DNA of 32,094 nt, from positions 1-32,094 of the forward strand of contig JBBEBM010000031.1 in NCBI GenBank assembly GCA_040882355.1, given 5' to 3'. Made by a program: the position numbers and the translations under genes. A model generated the notes under the pieces. It was given only the letters and a program-made list of their open reading frames with translations. It did no database searches and was not told where the DNA came from. This DNA comes from Dehalococcoidia bacterium (GTDB lineage: Bacteria > Chloroflexota > Dehalococcoidia > DSTF01 > RBG-16-68-14). This document shows positions 1 through 17,140 of this stretch, one piece after another. Each line of letters opens with the position of its first letter. The first letter of the stretch is position 1.

Positions 1-1333
1 CCGACTCCAGCTCCTCGGCCGGGTCAGCGCCCGCCGTCAACACGAGCTCGAACGCGACACGGATACGGTCTCTCACTTCGTTGAACGGTCCCAGCAGCGC
101 GCCGCGCGCAGCGGGCGTGTCGGGCGAAACCCGCAGTTGCTCGACAGCCGTCGTGAACTGTGGGAACTGCTCCCGCCGCTGCACGGCTACCGGCAGATCG
201 TAGGCGGAGAGGCGCACGGGTAGATAGCCGGTGTCGACGTGCCACTGCGCTTGCTGCTCAGCACTGGAGGCGAACTTGATGAACTCCCACGCACCCTCCC
301 GCTCACCCTCGGATGCCCGGCTCACCACCCAGAGCGAGCCGCCTCCCAGGACGATACCGCCATCGCCAGCCGGGGCAGGCAGCGGAGCTGTCCCATACTG
401 GTCAGTGTTTCCGCCAAGGAGGGTCAGGAGGGCAGCGCCACCGGCCAGGACCGCGCTCGAACCCATCACCATCGTCGCTTCACCGCCCGCAAACTTGAGG
501 AGGGCGTCCCGGTCTTCCCGTCCTGCGTTGTAGCCCAAGCCTGACTCCACCATCTCATCCCACCAGCGGATGATCTCCAGGCCTGCTTCGCTGTCGAACG
601 CCGCCTCCACGGCGCGACCGGCTCGCCCGTTTTCGTGGTCAACATACGGCCCGCCCGACTTCGCGAGCATCTGCTCGAACAACCACGGGCTGATCTGCAG
701 CGATATGCCGTAGCGGGTCACGTTGCCCTGCGCGTCCCGGCGAACGAGCTGCTCGGAGTAGGCGCGCACGTCATCAAGGGTCTGCGGCGGTCGGTCCGGG
801 TCGAGACCTGCTTCGCGAAACGCCTCGCGGTCGTAGATCAAGATCGGGCCCGCCGGGTTGAAGGGCATCGAGTAGAGCGTGTCGTTCACCGTGTAGTACG
901 CGAGCGCCTTCGGGTCATAGTCCGAGAGATCGTAGTCCTCATCATCGATGAACTGCTGGACAGGAGTCATCTCTTCGCTGTCGATCAGGATCTGCGTCGA
1001 CACATCGTCGGCCTGGAACAGCGTCGGGATATCACCGGAACCGAGTGAGTTTATCAGCTTGGTCAGCGAGTCACCGTACCCGCCCTGGTAGATCGGCTCC
1101 ACGCGGTAGTCCGAGTGTGACTCGTTGAACTCATCGACGATGCGCTGCAGCGCCACCTGGTTGAGCGAGCTCATCGAATGCCAGAACTCGACCACGGTTC
1201 GCCTGTCCGTGCCGTTCGGACCACTGAGCCCGTTGCCGTTGCCGTCCTCGTTCCCGTCGCCGCCGCAGAGGCCGCAGGAGGCAACCGTGAACCCCAGCAG
1301 CAACGGCAGAAGCCAGCGCACCCATCGCGTCAT
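1..1333 (-). CDS. ABC transporter substrate-binding lipoprotein, UgpB/sugar-binding family 1 like; 3' end runs off the window
   Basis: Not in the ORF track. Manual translation from ATG 1333 gives MTRWVRWLLPLLLGFTVASC (lipobox)...VEFWHSMS...PIYQGGY...LYSMPFN...YDREAFREAGLDP...GGGSLWV...AWEFIKF...QWHVDTGYLP, open to base 1. SD-like AGAGGTG upstream. Confidence 0.9.
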   Translation of the reverse strand, partial: MTRWVRWLLPLLLGFTVASCGLCGGDGNEDGNGNGLSGPNGTDRRTVVEFWHSMSSLNQVALQRIVDEFNESHSDYRVEPIYQGGYGDSLTKLINSLGSGDIPTLFQADDVSTQILIDSEEMTPVQQFIDDEDYDLSDYDPKALAYYTVNDTLYSMPFNPAGPILIYDREAFREAGLDPDRPPQTLDDVRAYSEQLVRRDAQGNVTRYGISLQISPWLFEQMLAKSGGPYVDHENGRAGRAVEAAFDSEAGLEIIRWWDEMVESGLGYNAGREDRDALLKFAGGEATMVMGSSAVLAGGAALLTLLGGNTDQYGTAPLPAPAGDGGIVLGGGSLWVVSRASEGEREGAWEFIKFASSAEQQAQWHVDTGYLPVRLSAYDLPVAVQRREQFPQFTTAVEQLRVSPDTPAARGALLGPFNEVRDRIRVAFELVLTAGADPAEELES

Positions 1334-1495
1334 GGCAGCAACACCTCTCTTCCCATCGACCTGATCCTACCGCGCCGCCGCCCTAGCGTCATCCGCGCGG
1401 GAGGAGCGCGTGCTGTCGCGTCTGCGGATTCAGTTGATGGCCGCGCGTTGCCCGCTTGCCGTGGGGTTGCCTGGTACGTTAGGCTGGCGCTCGCC

Positions 1496-2986
1496 ATGAG
1501 CACCGGCCAGTTCGACCTGCTAATTCGCAACGGTACCGTCGTCGACGGCACGGGCGCTCCCAGGCGCCAGGCCGACATCGCCGTCACGAACGAACGCATC
1601 GCCGCCGTCGGTGAGGTCGAGGGCACCGCCATCCGCGAGATCGACGCGAGCGGCCTCATCGTGGCGCCGGGCTTCATCGACGTGCACTCGCACGACGACG
1701 TGGCGCTGATGAGCAATCCGGGCCTCGATTTCAAGGCCGCGCAGGGCGTAACGACCGTCGTTTGCGGCAACTGCGGCGCAGGCGTCGCCCCCGTGAACGA
1801 GCGCATGCAGGCGTACTACAAGCTCGGCGTCGAGGGCATCCTCGGGCCGGTGGAGGCGTTCGCCTGGAGCACGATCGGCGAGTTCTACGACGCAGTGCGC
1901 GCGGCCCGGCCGTCGGTCAACGCCGCGTTTCTCGTACCGCACAACCCCGTTCGCGTCGCAGCGATGGGCACCGAACGTCGCGCGCCGACGGACGCCGAGC
2001 TCGCGCAGATGCGCGAGTACGTTGCCGAGGGCATGGAAGCCGGCGCGGTCGGCTTCTCGACCGGCCTCATCTACCGGCCTGGCGCGTATGCGCAGACTGA
2101 GGAGCTGATCGAGCTGGCGAAGGTCGCCGCGCGATACGGCGGTATCTACGCCAGCCACATTCGAGGCGAGGGCGGCGAGCTGATGGACGCGGTGCAGGAG
2201 GCGCTCCGCATCGGCGAGGAGGCCGGGTTGCCGGTGCAGATCTCGCACCACAAGGCGGCGGGCCGCGAGAACTGGGGTCGCACGAAGCAGTCGCTCGCGC
2301 TGATCGACGAGACACGGGCGCGCGGCGCGGACGTGACGATCGACGTCTACCCGTACGTCGCGAGCAGCACCGCCCTGGCAGCGTACGTGTACCGCGGGCA
2401 ACTCATGCCCCAGGTCGACCCCCACGACCTGATGGTGGCGGCGGTCAAGCACCAGCACGAGTACGAAGGCAAGCGCCTGGATGAGATTGCGGCGACAATG
2501 GACCTACCGCCGGACCAGGCAGCGGGTCGACTGCTCCGCGAGGAGGACAACGCGGTCGTCATCGTCCACTTCTCGATGGAGGAGGGCGACGTGCGCCGCG
2601 TCCTCCAACACGAGACCTGTATGGTCGGGTCGGACGGCCTACCATCGCCCGGCGGCAAGCCCCACCCCCGCCTGTACGGGACGTTCGCGCGGGTGCTGGG
2701 CCACTACGTGCGAGACGAAGGGCTTTGCTCGTTGGAGGATGTTGTGCGGCGGATGAGCGCCCTGCCCGCCGGCAAGTTCCGTCTGGCCGACCGCGGCGAG
2801 CTACGCCCTGGCCGCTGGGCGGACATCGTCGTCTTCGATCTCGAGCGGATCGATGATACCGCCACATACGAAGACCCCCGGCGCTATCCGTCGGGGGTCT
2901 CTTACGTCTTCGTCAACGGCTCCGCGGTGATCGAGGCAGGCGCTCCGATGAACCCGGGGCGAGGACAGGTGCTGGCGCGCGCCTAG
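1496..2986 (+). CDS. N-acyl-D-amino-acid deacylase (D-aminoacylase, amidohydrolase superfamily)
   Basis: Motifs FDLLIRNGTVVDGTG, PGFIDVHSH, GNCG, SHIRGE, ISHHKAAG, GSDG, PHPRLYGTF. Start moved from 1178 to ATG 1496 because family similarity begins there and the extension overlaps the divergent gene. Confidence 0.92.
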   Translation: MSTGQFDLLIRNGTVVDGTGAPRRQADIAVTNERIAAVGEVEGTAIREIDASGLIVAPGFIDVHSHDDVALMSNPGLDFKAAQGVTTVVCGNCGAGVAPVNERMQAYYKLGVEGILGPVEAFAWSTIGEFYDAVRAARPSVNAAFLVPHNPVRVAAMGTERRAPTDAELAQMREYVAEGMEAGAVGFSTGLIYRPGAYAQTEELIELAKVAARYGGIYASHIRGEGGELMDAVQEALRIGEEAGLPVQISHHKAAGRENWGRTKQSLALIDETRARGADVTIDVYPYVASSTALAAYVYRGQLMPQVDPHDLMVAAVKHQHEYEGKRLDEIAATMDLPPDQAAGRLLREEDNAVVIVHFSMEEGDVRRVLQHETCMVGSDGLPSPGGKPHPRLYGTFARVLGHYVRDEGLCSLEDVVRRMSALPAGKFRLADRGELRPGRWADIVVFDLERIDDTATYEDPRRYPSGVSYVFVNGSAVIEAGAPMNPGRGQVLARA

Positions 2987-3198
2987 GGGTCACACGACCC
3001 GTCGAAGCAGCCGACCAGGTCGGAGAAGGGCGCCGAAACGGCGTCGCGGAAGGCGACGAGCACGGTCACCGTCACAAAAGCGACGAGGACCGAGACCATC
3101 ACCCCGTACTCCGCCAGCGTCTGGCCACGTTCCACCCGGAGTCGTACATAGACGCGCAGGACGGCGAGCGCTAGGGCGTCCGTAGCTGAGCGCAACAT
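2983..3198 (-). CDS. Flp/Fap family type IVb pilin
   Basis: ERG|QTLAEYG prepilin/Flp motif followed by a hydrophobic helix; SD GAGGAGG upstream. Confidence 0.8.
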   Translation of the reverse strand: MLRSATDALALAVLRVYVRLRVERGQTLAEYGVMVSVLVAFVTVTVLVAFRDAVSAPFSDLVGCFDGSCDP

Positions 3199-3259
3199 TG
3201 GGGTGGTCTGCCTCCTCTTGGGCTGACGGTGGCTACACCGACGCAGTTTCCTGCCATCA

Positions 3260-3286
3260 GTATCGGTCGGATGGGGGAAATCTGTC
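3260..3286 (-). promoter_or_regulatory. possible sigma28-like promoter for the flp pilin
   Basis: Minus strand GACAGATT-N11-ACCGATAC compared with the extended sigma28 consensus TAAAGTTT-N11-GCCGATAA. Confidence 0.35.
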
Positions 3287-3310
3287 AGTTTTCAGATTCG
3301 AGCTGTAACA

Positions 3311-3679
3311 TCAGTCCAGGCCGATGCGTTGCAGCTCTTCGTCGGAGAGGCCAAAGTGGTGGGCTAACTCGTGCAGCACCGTGCGGCGCACCTCAGCCAC
3401 AAGTTCCGCATCGTCCTTGAACGCGCGCTCCAGCGGCTCCTGGAAGATGCTGACTTTGTCCGGGAGCACCATGCCGTAGTCGCTCATCCGTTCGGTCAGC
3501 GGAAGGCCTTCATAGAGACCAAAGAGCGTCTCTCCTGGGCGAAGGCCGGCCGCGCGCCTGTGATGAGGTCGCACCCGCCGCTCCACGACCACGTCGACGT
3601 TCGCCAGCCAGTCACAATACGGAGGAGGAAGGTCGGCGAGCGCTTGACGCACCAGACGCAGGAAACTGCGGCGCTCCAT
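3311..3679 (-). CDS. zincin-like metallopeptidase family protein (Zincin_1/DUF1025 like)
   Basis: LFGLYEGLPLTER...PDKVSIFQ...VRRTVLHELAHHFGLSDEEL with an HExxH motif. Confidence 0.88.
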   Translation of the reverse strand: MERRSFLRLVRQALADLPPPYCDWLANVDVVVERRVRPHHRRAAGLRPGETLFGLYEGLPLTERMSDYGMVLPDKVSIFQEPLERAFKDDAELVAEVRRTVLHELAHHFGLSDEELQRIGLD

Positions 3680-3688
3680 ATCGGGCGG

Positions 3689-4147
3689 TTACTTCTCCCA
3701 GAGCGCCTGGTAGCCCTCGCCGATGATGGCGTTGCGGATCTCCTGCCGCTCCAGGTCACGGAGCTCTTCGATCACCCGGTCGCACTCGCGAGCGGCCTCG
3801 GAAAAGCCGCTCGCGATGATTCGCTGAATGACGGCGTCCCAAACCCCGTGCTCGACGAGGCCGTTGACGTACTTTGGCCAAGAGACCGCGCTGATCTTCT
3901 CAGGCAGGCGAAACCGAGGTCGCAGTTGCTTCAGGCTGCGAAACCGCTCCTCTGCACTGGTGGCGCGCGGTACGAGCTTTACGAGCGGGGGGTCTATCTC
4001 TGATGACCGGTTGTCGATCAGGAGACGTTGACTCACAATGACAAAGCGGAAGGTCAGGACTTCAGCCGTGCGGACGGTCTTGATCACCTCTTCATAATCT
4101 AAGAGGTACTCGCTATCCATGCCCGGGCTGGCCCACGGCCCCTCCAT
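3689..4147 (-). CDS. hypothetical protein (alternative start ATG 4120)
   Basis: 152-aa ORF with protein-like composition, 9 bp upstream of the zincin gene, with its own promoter-like sequence. Confidence 0.75.
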   Translation of the reverse strand: MEGPWASPGMDSEYLLDYEEVIKTVRTAEVLTFRFVIVSQRLLIDNRSSEIDPPLVKLVPRATSAEERFRSLKQLRPRFRLPEKISAVSWPKYVNGLVEHGVWDAVIQRIIASGFSEAARECDRVIEELRDLERQEIRNAIIGEGYQALWEK

Positions 4148-4162
4148 CTCGCCTTCGGCGCC

Positions 4163-4192
4163 ATTCTAGCATCGCCCGAAGCGGCCCGGCAA
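4163..4192 (-). promoter_or_regulatory. sigma70-type promoter for the hypothetical-zincin pair
   Basis: TTGCCG-N18-TAGAAT with extended -10 TG. Confidence 0.6.
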
Positions 4193-4214
4193 GATGAGCC
4201 GTAACCTCCGCTGG

Positions 4215-4242
4215 TTGACACGACGACCGGGCGGGGTACAAT
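4215..4242 (+). promoter_or_regulatory. near-consensus sigma70 promoter
   Basis: TTGACA (4215-4220)-N16-TACAAT (4237-4242), 14 nt before ATG 4257. Confidence 0.7.
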
Positions 4243-4256
4243 CACCAGATCACCAC

Positions 4257-5360
4257 ATGAAGCTGTTCATCGTTCTCTTCGCCGTCGCCGCGATCGCACT
4301 CGCGCTAGCCTCGTGCGACAACGGAGACGAAGGCCCGGCCGTCGAGGAAGACACCAGCGGCTCGCCGCGCAGCTTCGCGATGGGCTTCAGCTCGCTGCCG
4401 GCGGAGCTAACGGAAGAGAGTTACGCCGACGCGTTCAAACTGGCGGCGGACACGGGCGAAGTGATCCTCATCCAGCGTACTCCACCGTGGGACGACCTGC
4501 TCTCCGGCGGCATCTCAGACGACGACGCCGGCGCCACGCAACGCGAACTGCAGCTCGCCAAGCAGTACGACCTCGACGTCTTCTTCGCCATCGATCCCAT
4601 TGAGACGACGGAACGAGGAAGCGAGCTCGCCGGGGTACCCGCCGACCTGCGCGGCAGCGGCTTCGGCGATTCACGGGTACGGGAGGCGTTCTTGGAGTAC
4701 GCCCAGTACGTCGCGCTCAACTACCAGCCGCGTTACCTGGCGCTCGGTGTCGAAGTCAACAGCTACGAACGGCAGAACCCTGACGACTTCGCCCAATTCG
4801 TCTCTCTGTACGCTGAGGCCTACGGTGCGGTGAAGGAGCAGTCGCCGGACACCCTGGTCTTCCCGAGCTTTCAACTGGAGGACATGACGGGTCGTCTGCC
4901 CGCAGGCGAAACGCAGCAGTCGCAGTGGCATGTGATCGACGACTTTGAGCCGAACATGGACTTGCTGGCAGTCAGTACCTACCCCAGCCGGGTGTTCGAG
5001 ACACCAGCGGACATCCCGAGCGATTACTATCGGCAGCTTACCGCTCACACCGACAAGCCCGTCGGCATCGCGGAGATGGGCTACGCCACGGAGCCTGACA
5101 CCGAGGGCGACGAGAGTGCCGGCGAGCTGCGCCAGGCGGCGTTCCTGGACCGCATCATGCGCGACGCGGATCGCCTGGGGATGTCGCTCGTCGTTTGGTC
5201 CGTGCGGCAGGACCCCAAGTACACCGGCGATCCAGCCGTGAGCAGCCTGCTCCAGCACATCGGCCTCGTCCGGACGGACGGCTCGGAGAAGGCAGCGTGG
5301 TCGGTCTGGGAGAACGCCGCGCAACGACCGCTGACCGCTGACCACGCGCAAGCGCCCTAG
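4257..5360 (+). CDS. lipoprotein with glycoside hydrolase clan GH-A-like TIM barrel, substrate unknown
   Basis: Signal peptide and lipobox MKLFIV...LALASC; YLALGVEVN (strand 4 Glu), LLAVSTYP, KPVGIAEMGY (strand 7 Glu), C-terminal IGLVRTDGSEKAAW. Confidence 0.7.
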   Translation: MKLFIVLFAVAAIALALASCDNGDEGPAVEEDTSGSPRSFAMGFSSLPAELTEESYADAFKLAADTGEVILIQRTPPWDDLLSGGISDDDAGATQRELQLAKQYDLDVFFAIDPIETTERGSELAGVPADLRGSGFGDSRVREAFLEYAQYVALNYQPRYLALGVEVNSYERQNPDDFAQFVSLYAEAYGAVKEQSPDTLVFPSFQLEDMTGRLPAGETQQSQWHVIDDFEPNMDLLAVSTYPSRVFETPADIPSDYYRQLTAHTDKPVGIAEMGYATEPDTEGDESAGELRQAAFLDRIMRDADRLGMSLVVWSVRQDPKYTGDPAVSSLLQHIGLVRTDGSEKAAWSVWENAAQRPLTADHAQAP

Positions 5361-5396
5361 CCACAAAGGCTCGTGCCGGCTCGGTCCCGCTCTTCT

Positions 5397-6563
5397 CTAG
5401 GGGTAGACGAGCTCGCGCTCAAGTAGCGCGCGCGCGATGACGACGCGCTGCACCTGGCTCGTGCCCTCGACGATCATGAGCTGGCGAGCGTCGCGGTAGT
5501 GGCGCTCCAGGGGGTGGTCCATCATGTACCCCTGCGCGCCCAGCACCTGAAGCGCGTCCGATGAGACCTTGACCGCGACCTCTGTCGCGTAGGCCTTGGC
5601 GATCGAGAGGAGCGCGGCGTGCTCGCGCTGGTATTTGCCGTGATCGACCAGCCACGCGCCCTGATAGACCAGTAGACGCGCCGCTTCGATCTGAATCGCC
5701 ATGTCGGCGAACATGAACTGGATCGCCTGGAGCTCCGCTATCGGCTTGCCGAAGGCCTGGCGTTGACGCGCGTATTCCAGGGCGTAGGTCATCGCGCCTT
5801 CTGCCAACCCGACCCCGCGCGCGCCAACAACAGGCCGGCATGTGTTGAGCGTCAGCATCGCGTGGTTGAAGCCGCGCCCCTCCTCGCCGCCCAGCAAGAG
5901 ATCGCGCGGGAGGCGCACGTTGTCGAAGACGATGTTCGCCGTGGGCACGCCGCGCACGCCCATCTTGCGGTCTGTGCGCGCGACCGAGAAGCCGGGGCTG
6001 TCGGTGGGCACAATGAAGCCGGACATGCCCTTTGCGCCATCGGACGAATCGGTCTTGGCGAAGGCCACGACGAAGTCGGCGACGGTCCCGCCGGAGATGA
6101 AGACCTTCTCTCCAGTCAGAAGGTAGTCATCGCCATCGCGGACAGCGCGGCTCTCGATGGCGGAGGCATCGGAGCCGGCGTTGGGTTCCGTGAGACAGAA
6201 CGCGCCTTTGATCTCGCCTCTGGCGGCGCGCGGAAGCCACGAACCCTTCTGAGCTTCGGTGCCGCCCAGCAGGATCGGATGGGTTGGCAGCGCTGACAGA
6301 AGAAGCAGGAGACCGGTCGCGCAGCAGTACTTCGCCGCCTCTTCTACGGCGAGGGCCAGCGGAAGCGTGCCGGCGCCGCTGCCGCCGTACTCCTGAGGGA
6401 TCGTCAACCCCATCAGGCCCACCTCACGGTAGGCCTCGAAGATATCGTGCGGGTATTCGCCCGTCTCGTCCATCTCGGTCGCGCGCGGCGCCACGCGCTC
6501 GCGCGCGATGCGGCGAGCGGTCTCCTGGATGAGCCGGTGCTCCTCGGTAAGCTGAAAGTCCAT
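5397..6563 (-). CDS. acyl-CoA dehydrogenase
   Basis: AFCLTEPNAGSD, GEKVFIS, KMGVRG, RQAFGKPI, QVLGAQGY, YRDAR, IVEGTSQVQR; SD GGAGG. Confidence 0.95.
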   Translation of the reverse strand: MDFQLTEEHRLIQETARRIARERVAPRATEMDETGEYPHDIFEAYREVGLMGLTIPQEYGGSGAGTLPLALAVEEAAKYCCATGLLLLLSALPTHPILLGGTEAQKGSWLPRAARGEIKGAFCLTEPNAGSDASAIESRAVRDGDDYLLTGEKVFISGGTVADFVVAFAKTDSSDGAKGMSGFIVPTDSPGFSVARTDRKMGVRGVPTANIVFDNVRLPRDLLLGGEEGRGFNHAMLTLNTCRPVVGARGVGLAEGAMTYALEYARQRQAFGKPIAELQAIQFMFADMAIQIEAARLLVYQGAWLVDHGKYQREHAALLSIAKAYATEVAVKVSSDALQVLGAQGYMMDHPLERHYRDARQLMIVEGTSQVQRVVIARALLERELVYP

Positions 6564-6678
6564 CTGCGCCTCCGGAATCGGAACCAGGCCAGCTTAGCGC
6601 AGACGTCCCCGGTCGGGCCAGACGGCGCGAAGCGTGGACGGCCAATATCGGCCTACCGGAAAATCGGCCACCAGGGGG

Positions 6679-6742
6679 TTGCAAATCGGGTGCTCCCCCA
6701 GTATGCTAGAGAATTGACACTCCCTGACAGAGTTGCTAGACT
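6679..6742 (+). promoter_or_regulatory. tandem sigma70 promoters upstream of rpoB
   Basis: P1 TTGCAA (6679)-N17-TATGCT (6702); P2 TTGACA (6714)-N17-TAGACT (6737) with extended -10 TG. Confidence 0.75.
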
Positions 6743-6802
6743 AAGGTCACGGTTAGACAGACCCCTTTGTATCCATCTCCCCGGAGTAGGCTGCGAGCAC
6801 GC

Positions 6803-6831
6803 GCCCGTTCCTAAGGGAACAGGGCTATTTT
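6803..6831 (+). terminator. hairpin plus T-rich tail in the rpoB 5' leader (possible attenuator)
   Basis: GCCCGTTCC-TAAG-GGAAC(A)GGGC followed by TATTTT. Confidence 0.4.
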
Positions 6832-6862
6832 GCCGTCCTCAAATCGGCAGGAGCGGAGTCTC

Positions 6863-15179
<8,317 letters not shown>

Positions 15180-15202
15180 GGAGCGGACCTCAGCGATTGA
15201 CA

Positions 15203-15234
15203 GGGAGCCTCCCGCAGTGGGAGGCTCCCCTTCT
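15203..15234 (+). terminator. probable intrinsic terminator of rpoBC
   Basis: 11-bp stem GGGAGCCTCCC-GCAGT-GGGAGGCTCCC followed by a weak tail CTTCT. Confidence 0.65.
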
Positions 15235-15270
15235 ATCTGAAGCTGGTATCATTGGGACGACGCTGGGACA

Positions 15271-15945
15271 ATGGGCACACCGCTGAAGCCGCCGCCAACC
15301 AACGGCCACCGAGCCTCCGTGGTCGAAGCTCCCACACCCAGTGCAACCCCCAACGAGGTCGAATCAGCACGGAGGCCTGGCTTCTTGCGGCTGGAGTACG
15401 CCCTCCTCGCCGGTGTCGGGCTGCTCATCACTGCCTTCGCCTTCATCTTCTTCTTCTTCGATGTCAGCCTCGCTCAGCTCAACACGTACGGCTACGTCGG
15501 CCTCTTCCTGATCAGCCTGATCAGCGCCGCTTCGATCGTCTTGCCGATGCCCGGGGCCGCGGCGATCGCCGGCGCCGGCGCCCTCCTCGATCCGGTCCTG
15601 GGCATTCCGGTCCCGATCATGGTCGGCCTCGTCGCCGGGCTGGCTGAAGCGCTCGGCGAGTTCACGGGCTACGCGGCGGGCTACGGCGGCAGCGCCCTGT
15701 TCCGGGACCGGCCCATCTATCCGCGCGTCAAGGGCTGGATGGAGCGACGCGGCACCCTCACCATGTTCCTGCTCTCGTGCATACCGAACCCGCTCGTCGA
15801 CGTCGCGGGCGTGGCGGCGGGCGCCGTCCAAATGCGCATCTGGCGTTTCTTCGTCGGCGTATTCTCAGGCAAAGTGGTCAAGAACATCTACCTCTCCTCC
15901 GGCGGCCTGATCGGCGCCGAGATCATTCAACGACTCTTTGGGTAG
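15271..15945 (+). CDS. DedA/VTT (SNARE-associated) family membrane protein
   Basis: YGYVGLFLISLIS...LPMPG, ALGEFTGYAAG, IPNPLVDVAGVAAG, GKVVK; extended -10 TGgTATCAT at 15244-15252. Confidence 0.85.
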   Translation: MGTPLKPPPTNGHRASVVEAPTPSATPNEVESARRPGFLRLEYALLAGVGLLITAFAFIFFFFDVSLAQLNTYGYVGLFLISLISAASIVLPMPGAAAIAGAGALLDPVLGIPVPIMVGLVAGLAEALGEFTGYAAGYGGSALFRDRPIYPRVKGWMERRGTLTMFLLSCIPNPLVDVAGVAAGAVQMRIWRFFVGVFSGKVVKNIYLSSGGLIGAEIIQRLFG

Positions 15946-15950
15946 GGGCC

Positions 15951-16646
15951 GTGTCACGCGACCTCCCATCGAGCGTAGGAGCAATCGTCGTCGCCGCCGG
16001 GCGGAGCCGGCGCATGGACGGCATCGACAAGCTCTGGACGTCTCTTGCACGCCCGGGCGAACCAAAGCCGTTGCTCGCATACCCACTGGCGGCCTTCGAA
16101 GCCTGCCCATCCGTGAGCCGGGTTGTCCTCGTCGTCAGCGAGGAGACCGTCGAGCGAGCACGGTCGCTCGTGTTAGACGAAGCACTCGACAAGGTGCGCG
16201 CCGTCGTGCCCGGCGGCGAACGCCGCCAGGACTCGGTCCGCGCCGGCCTCGACGCCCTGGGGGGCTGCGATTGGGTCGCCATCCACGACGGAGCGCGCCC
16301 GCTGGTTACCGTGGAGCTGATCGAGCAGGGGCTGTTGGAGGCAAGGGAGACGGGCGCATCCTGCCCCGTCCTGCCCGTGGCCGATACCGTCAAGGAGATC
16401 GATGAAGCGGGATTCGCCGTGCACACGCTCCAGCGCGCGCGCCTGCGTCTCGCGCAGACGCCCCAAGTCTTCCGCTACGACCTGCTGCTCGAGGCGCACC
16501 GACAGGCCGGCGACGAAGCGACGGACGACGCCGCCATGGTCGAGGCGTTGGGCGTTCGCGTGCGCCTCTTTCCGGGCACGCGCCGCAACGTCAAGGTGAC
16601 CACACCCGAAGACCTGGCGCTCGTCCACGCGCTGCTCACGCCATGA
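15951..16646 (+). CDS. ispD: 2-C-methyl-D-erythritol 4-phosphate cytidylyltransferase
   Basis: [11 protein letters not shown]...[42 protein letters not shown] 15951 lies just after the dedA stop. Confidence 0.95.
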   Translation: MSRDLPSSVGAIVVAAGRSRRMDGIDKLWTSLARPGEPKPLLAYPLAAFEACPSVSRVVLVVSEETVERARSLVLDEALDKVRAVVPGGERRQDSVRAGLDALGGCDWVAIHDGARPLVTVELIEQGLLEARETGASCPVLPVADTVKEIDEAGFAVHTLQRARLRLAQTPQVFRYDLLLEAHRQAGDEATDDAAMVEALGVRVRLFPGTRRNVKVTTPEDLALVHALLTP

Positions 16647-17116
16647 GGAGCGGCATCGGCTACGATATTCACCCCCTGACGCCGGGGCGGCCGCTCGTCT
16701 TGGGTGGAGTGCGCATCCCTCACGAGCAGGGCCTCGCCGGCCACAGCGATGCCGACGCGCTCAGCCACGCCGTCATCGACGCGCTGCTTGGCGCGGCCGC
16801 GCTCGGCGACATCGGCACCCACTTCCCGTCCGGCGACCGGCAGTACCGCGACGCGAACAGCCTCGACCTGCTGCGCCGCGCGGTCGAGCTCGTGACGAAC
16901 GCGGGCTACCGCGTCGTCAACGTCGACGCCACGGTCATCGCCGAAGCCCCGAAGCTCGCCCCGCACATCGGCGCGATGCGGGCGGCGCTGGCGGGAGCGC
17001 TCGGCGTCGAGACGAGCGCCGTGAGCGTGAAGGCGACGAGTTCCGACGGACTGGGCGCGATCGGCCGCGGTGAAGGGATTGCAGCGCTGGCCACCGCCCT
17101 GCTAGACTCTACGTAA
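16643..17116 (+). CDS. ispF: 2-C-methyl-D-erythritol 2,4-cyclodiphosphate synthase
   Basis: [37 protein letters not shown] overlap with ispD. Confidence 0.97.
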   Translation: MRSGIGYDIHPLTPGRPLVLGGVRIPHEQGLAGHSDADALSHAVIDALLGAAALGDIGTHFPSGDRQYRDANSLDLLRRAVELVTNAGYRVVNVDATVIAEAPKLAPHIGAMRAALAGALGVETSAVSVKATSSDGLGAIGRGEGIAALATALLDST

Positions 17117-17140
17117 TCCGCCGCAGGCGGGTCTACCGCT

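Noticed and set aside
24..1364. Several track ORFs (231..533, 635..1048, 1131..1325 and others)
   Set aside because: Shadow frames of the minus-strand ABC binding protein, which the track missed because it has no stop inside the window.
3223..3260. Possible three-way junction with a GAAA tetraloop in the flp leader (c-di-GMP riboswitch?)
   Set aside because: It lacks the c-di-GMP-I and -II conserved cores, and part of it would lie upstream of the TSS implied by the putative promoter.
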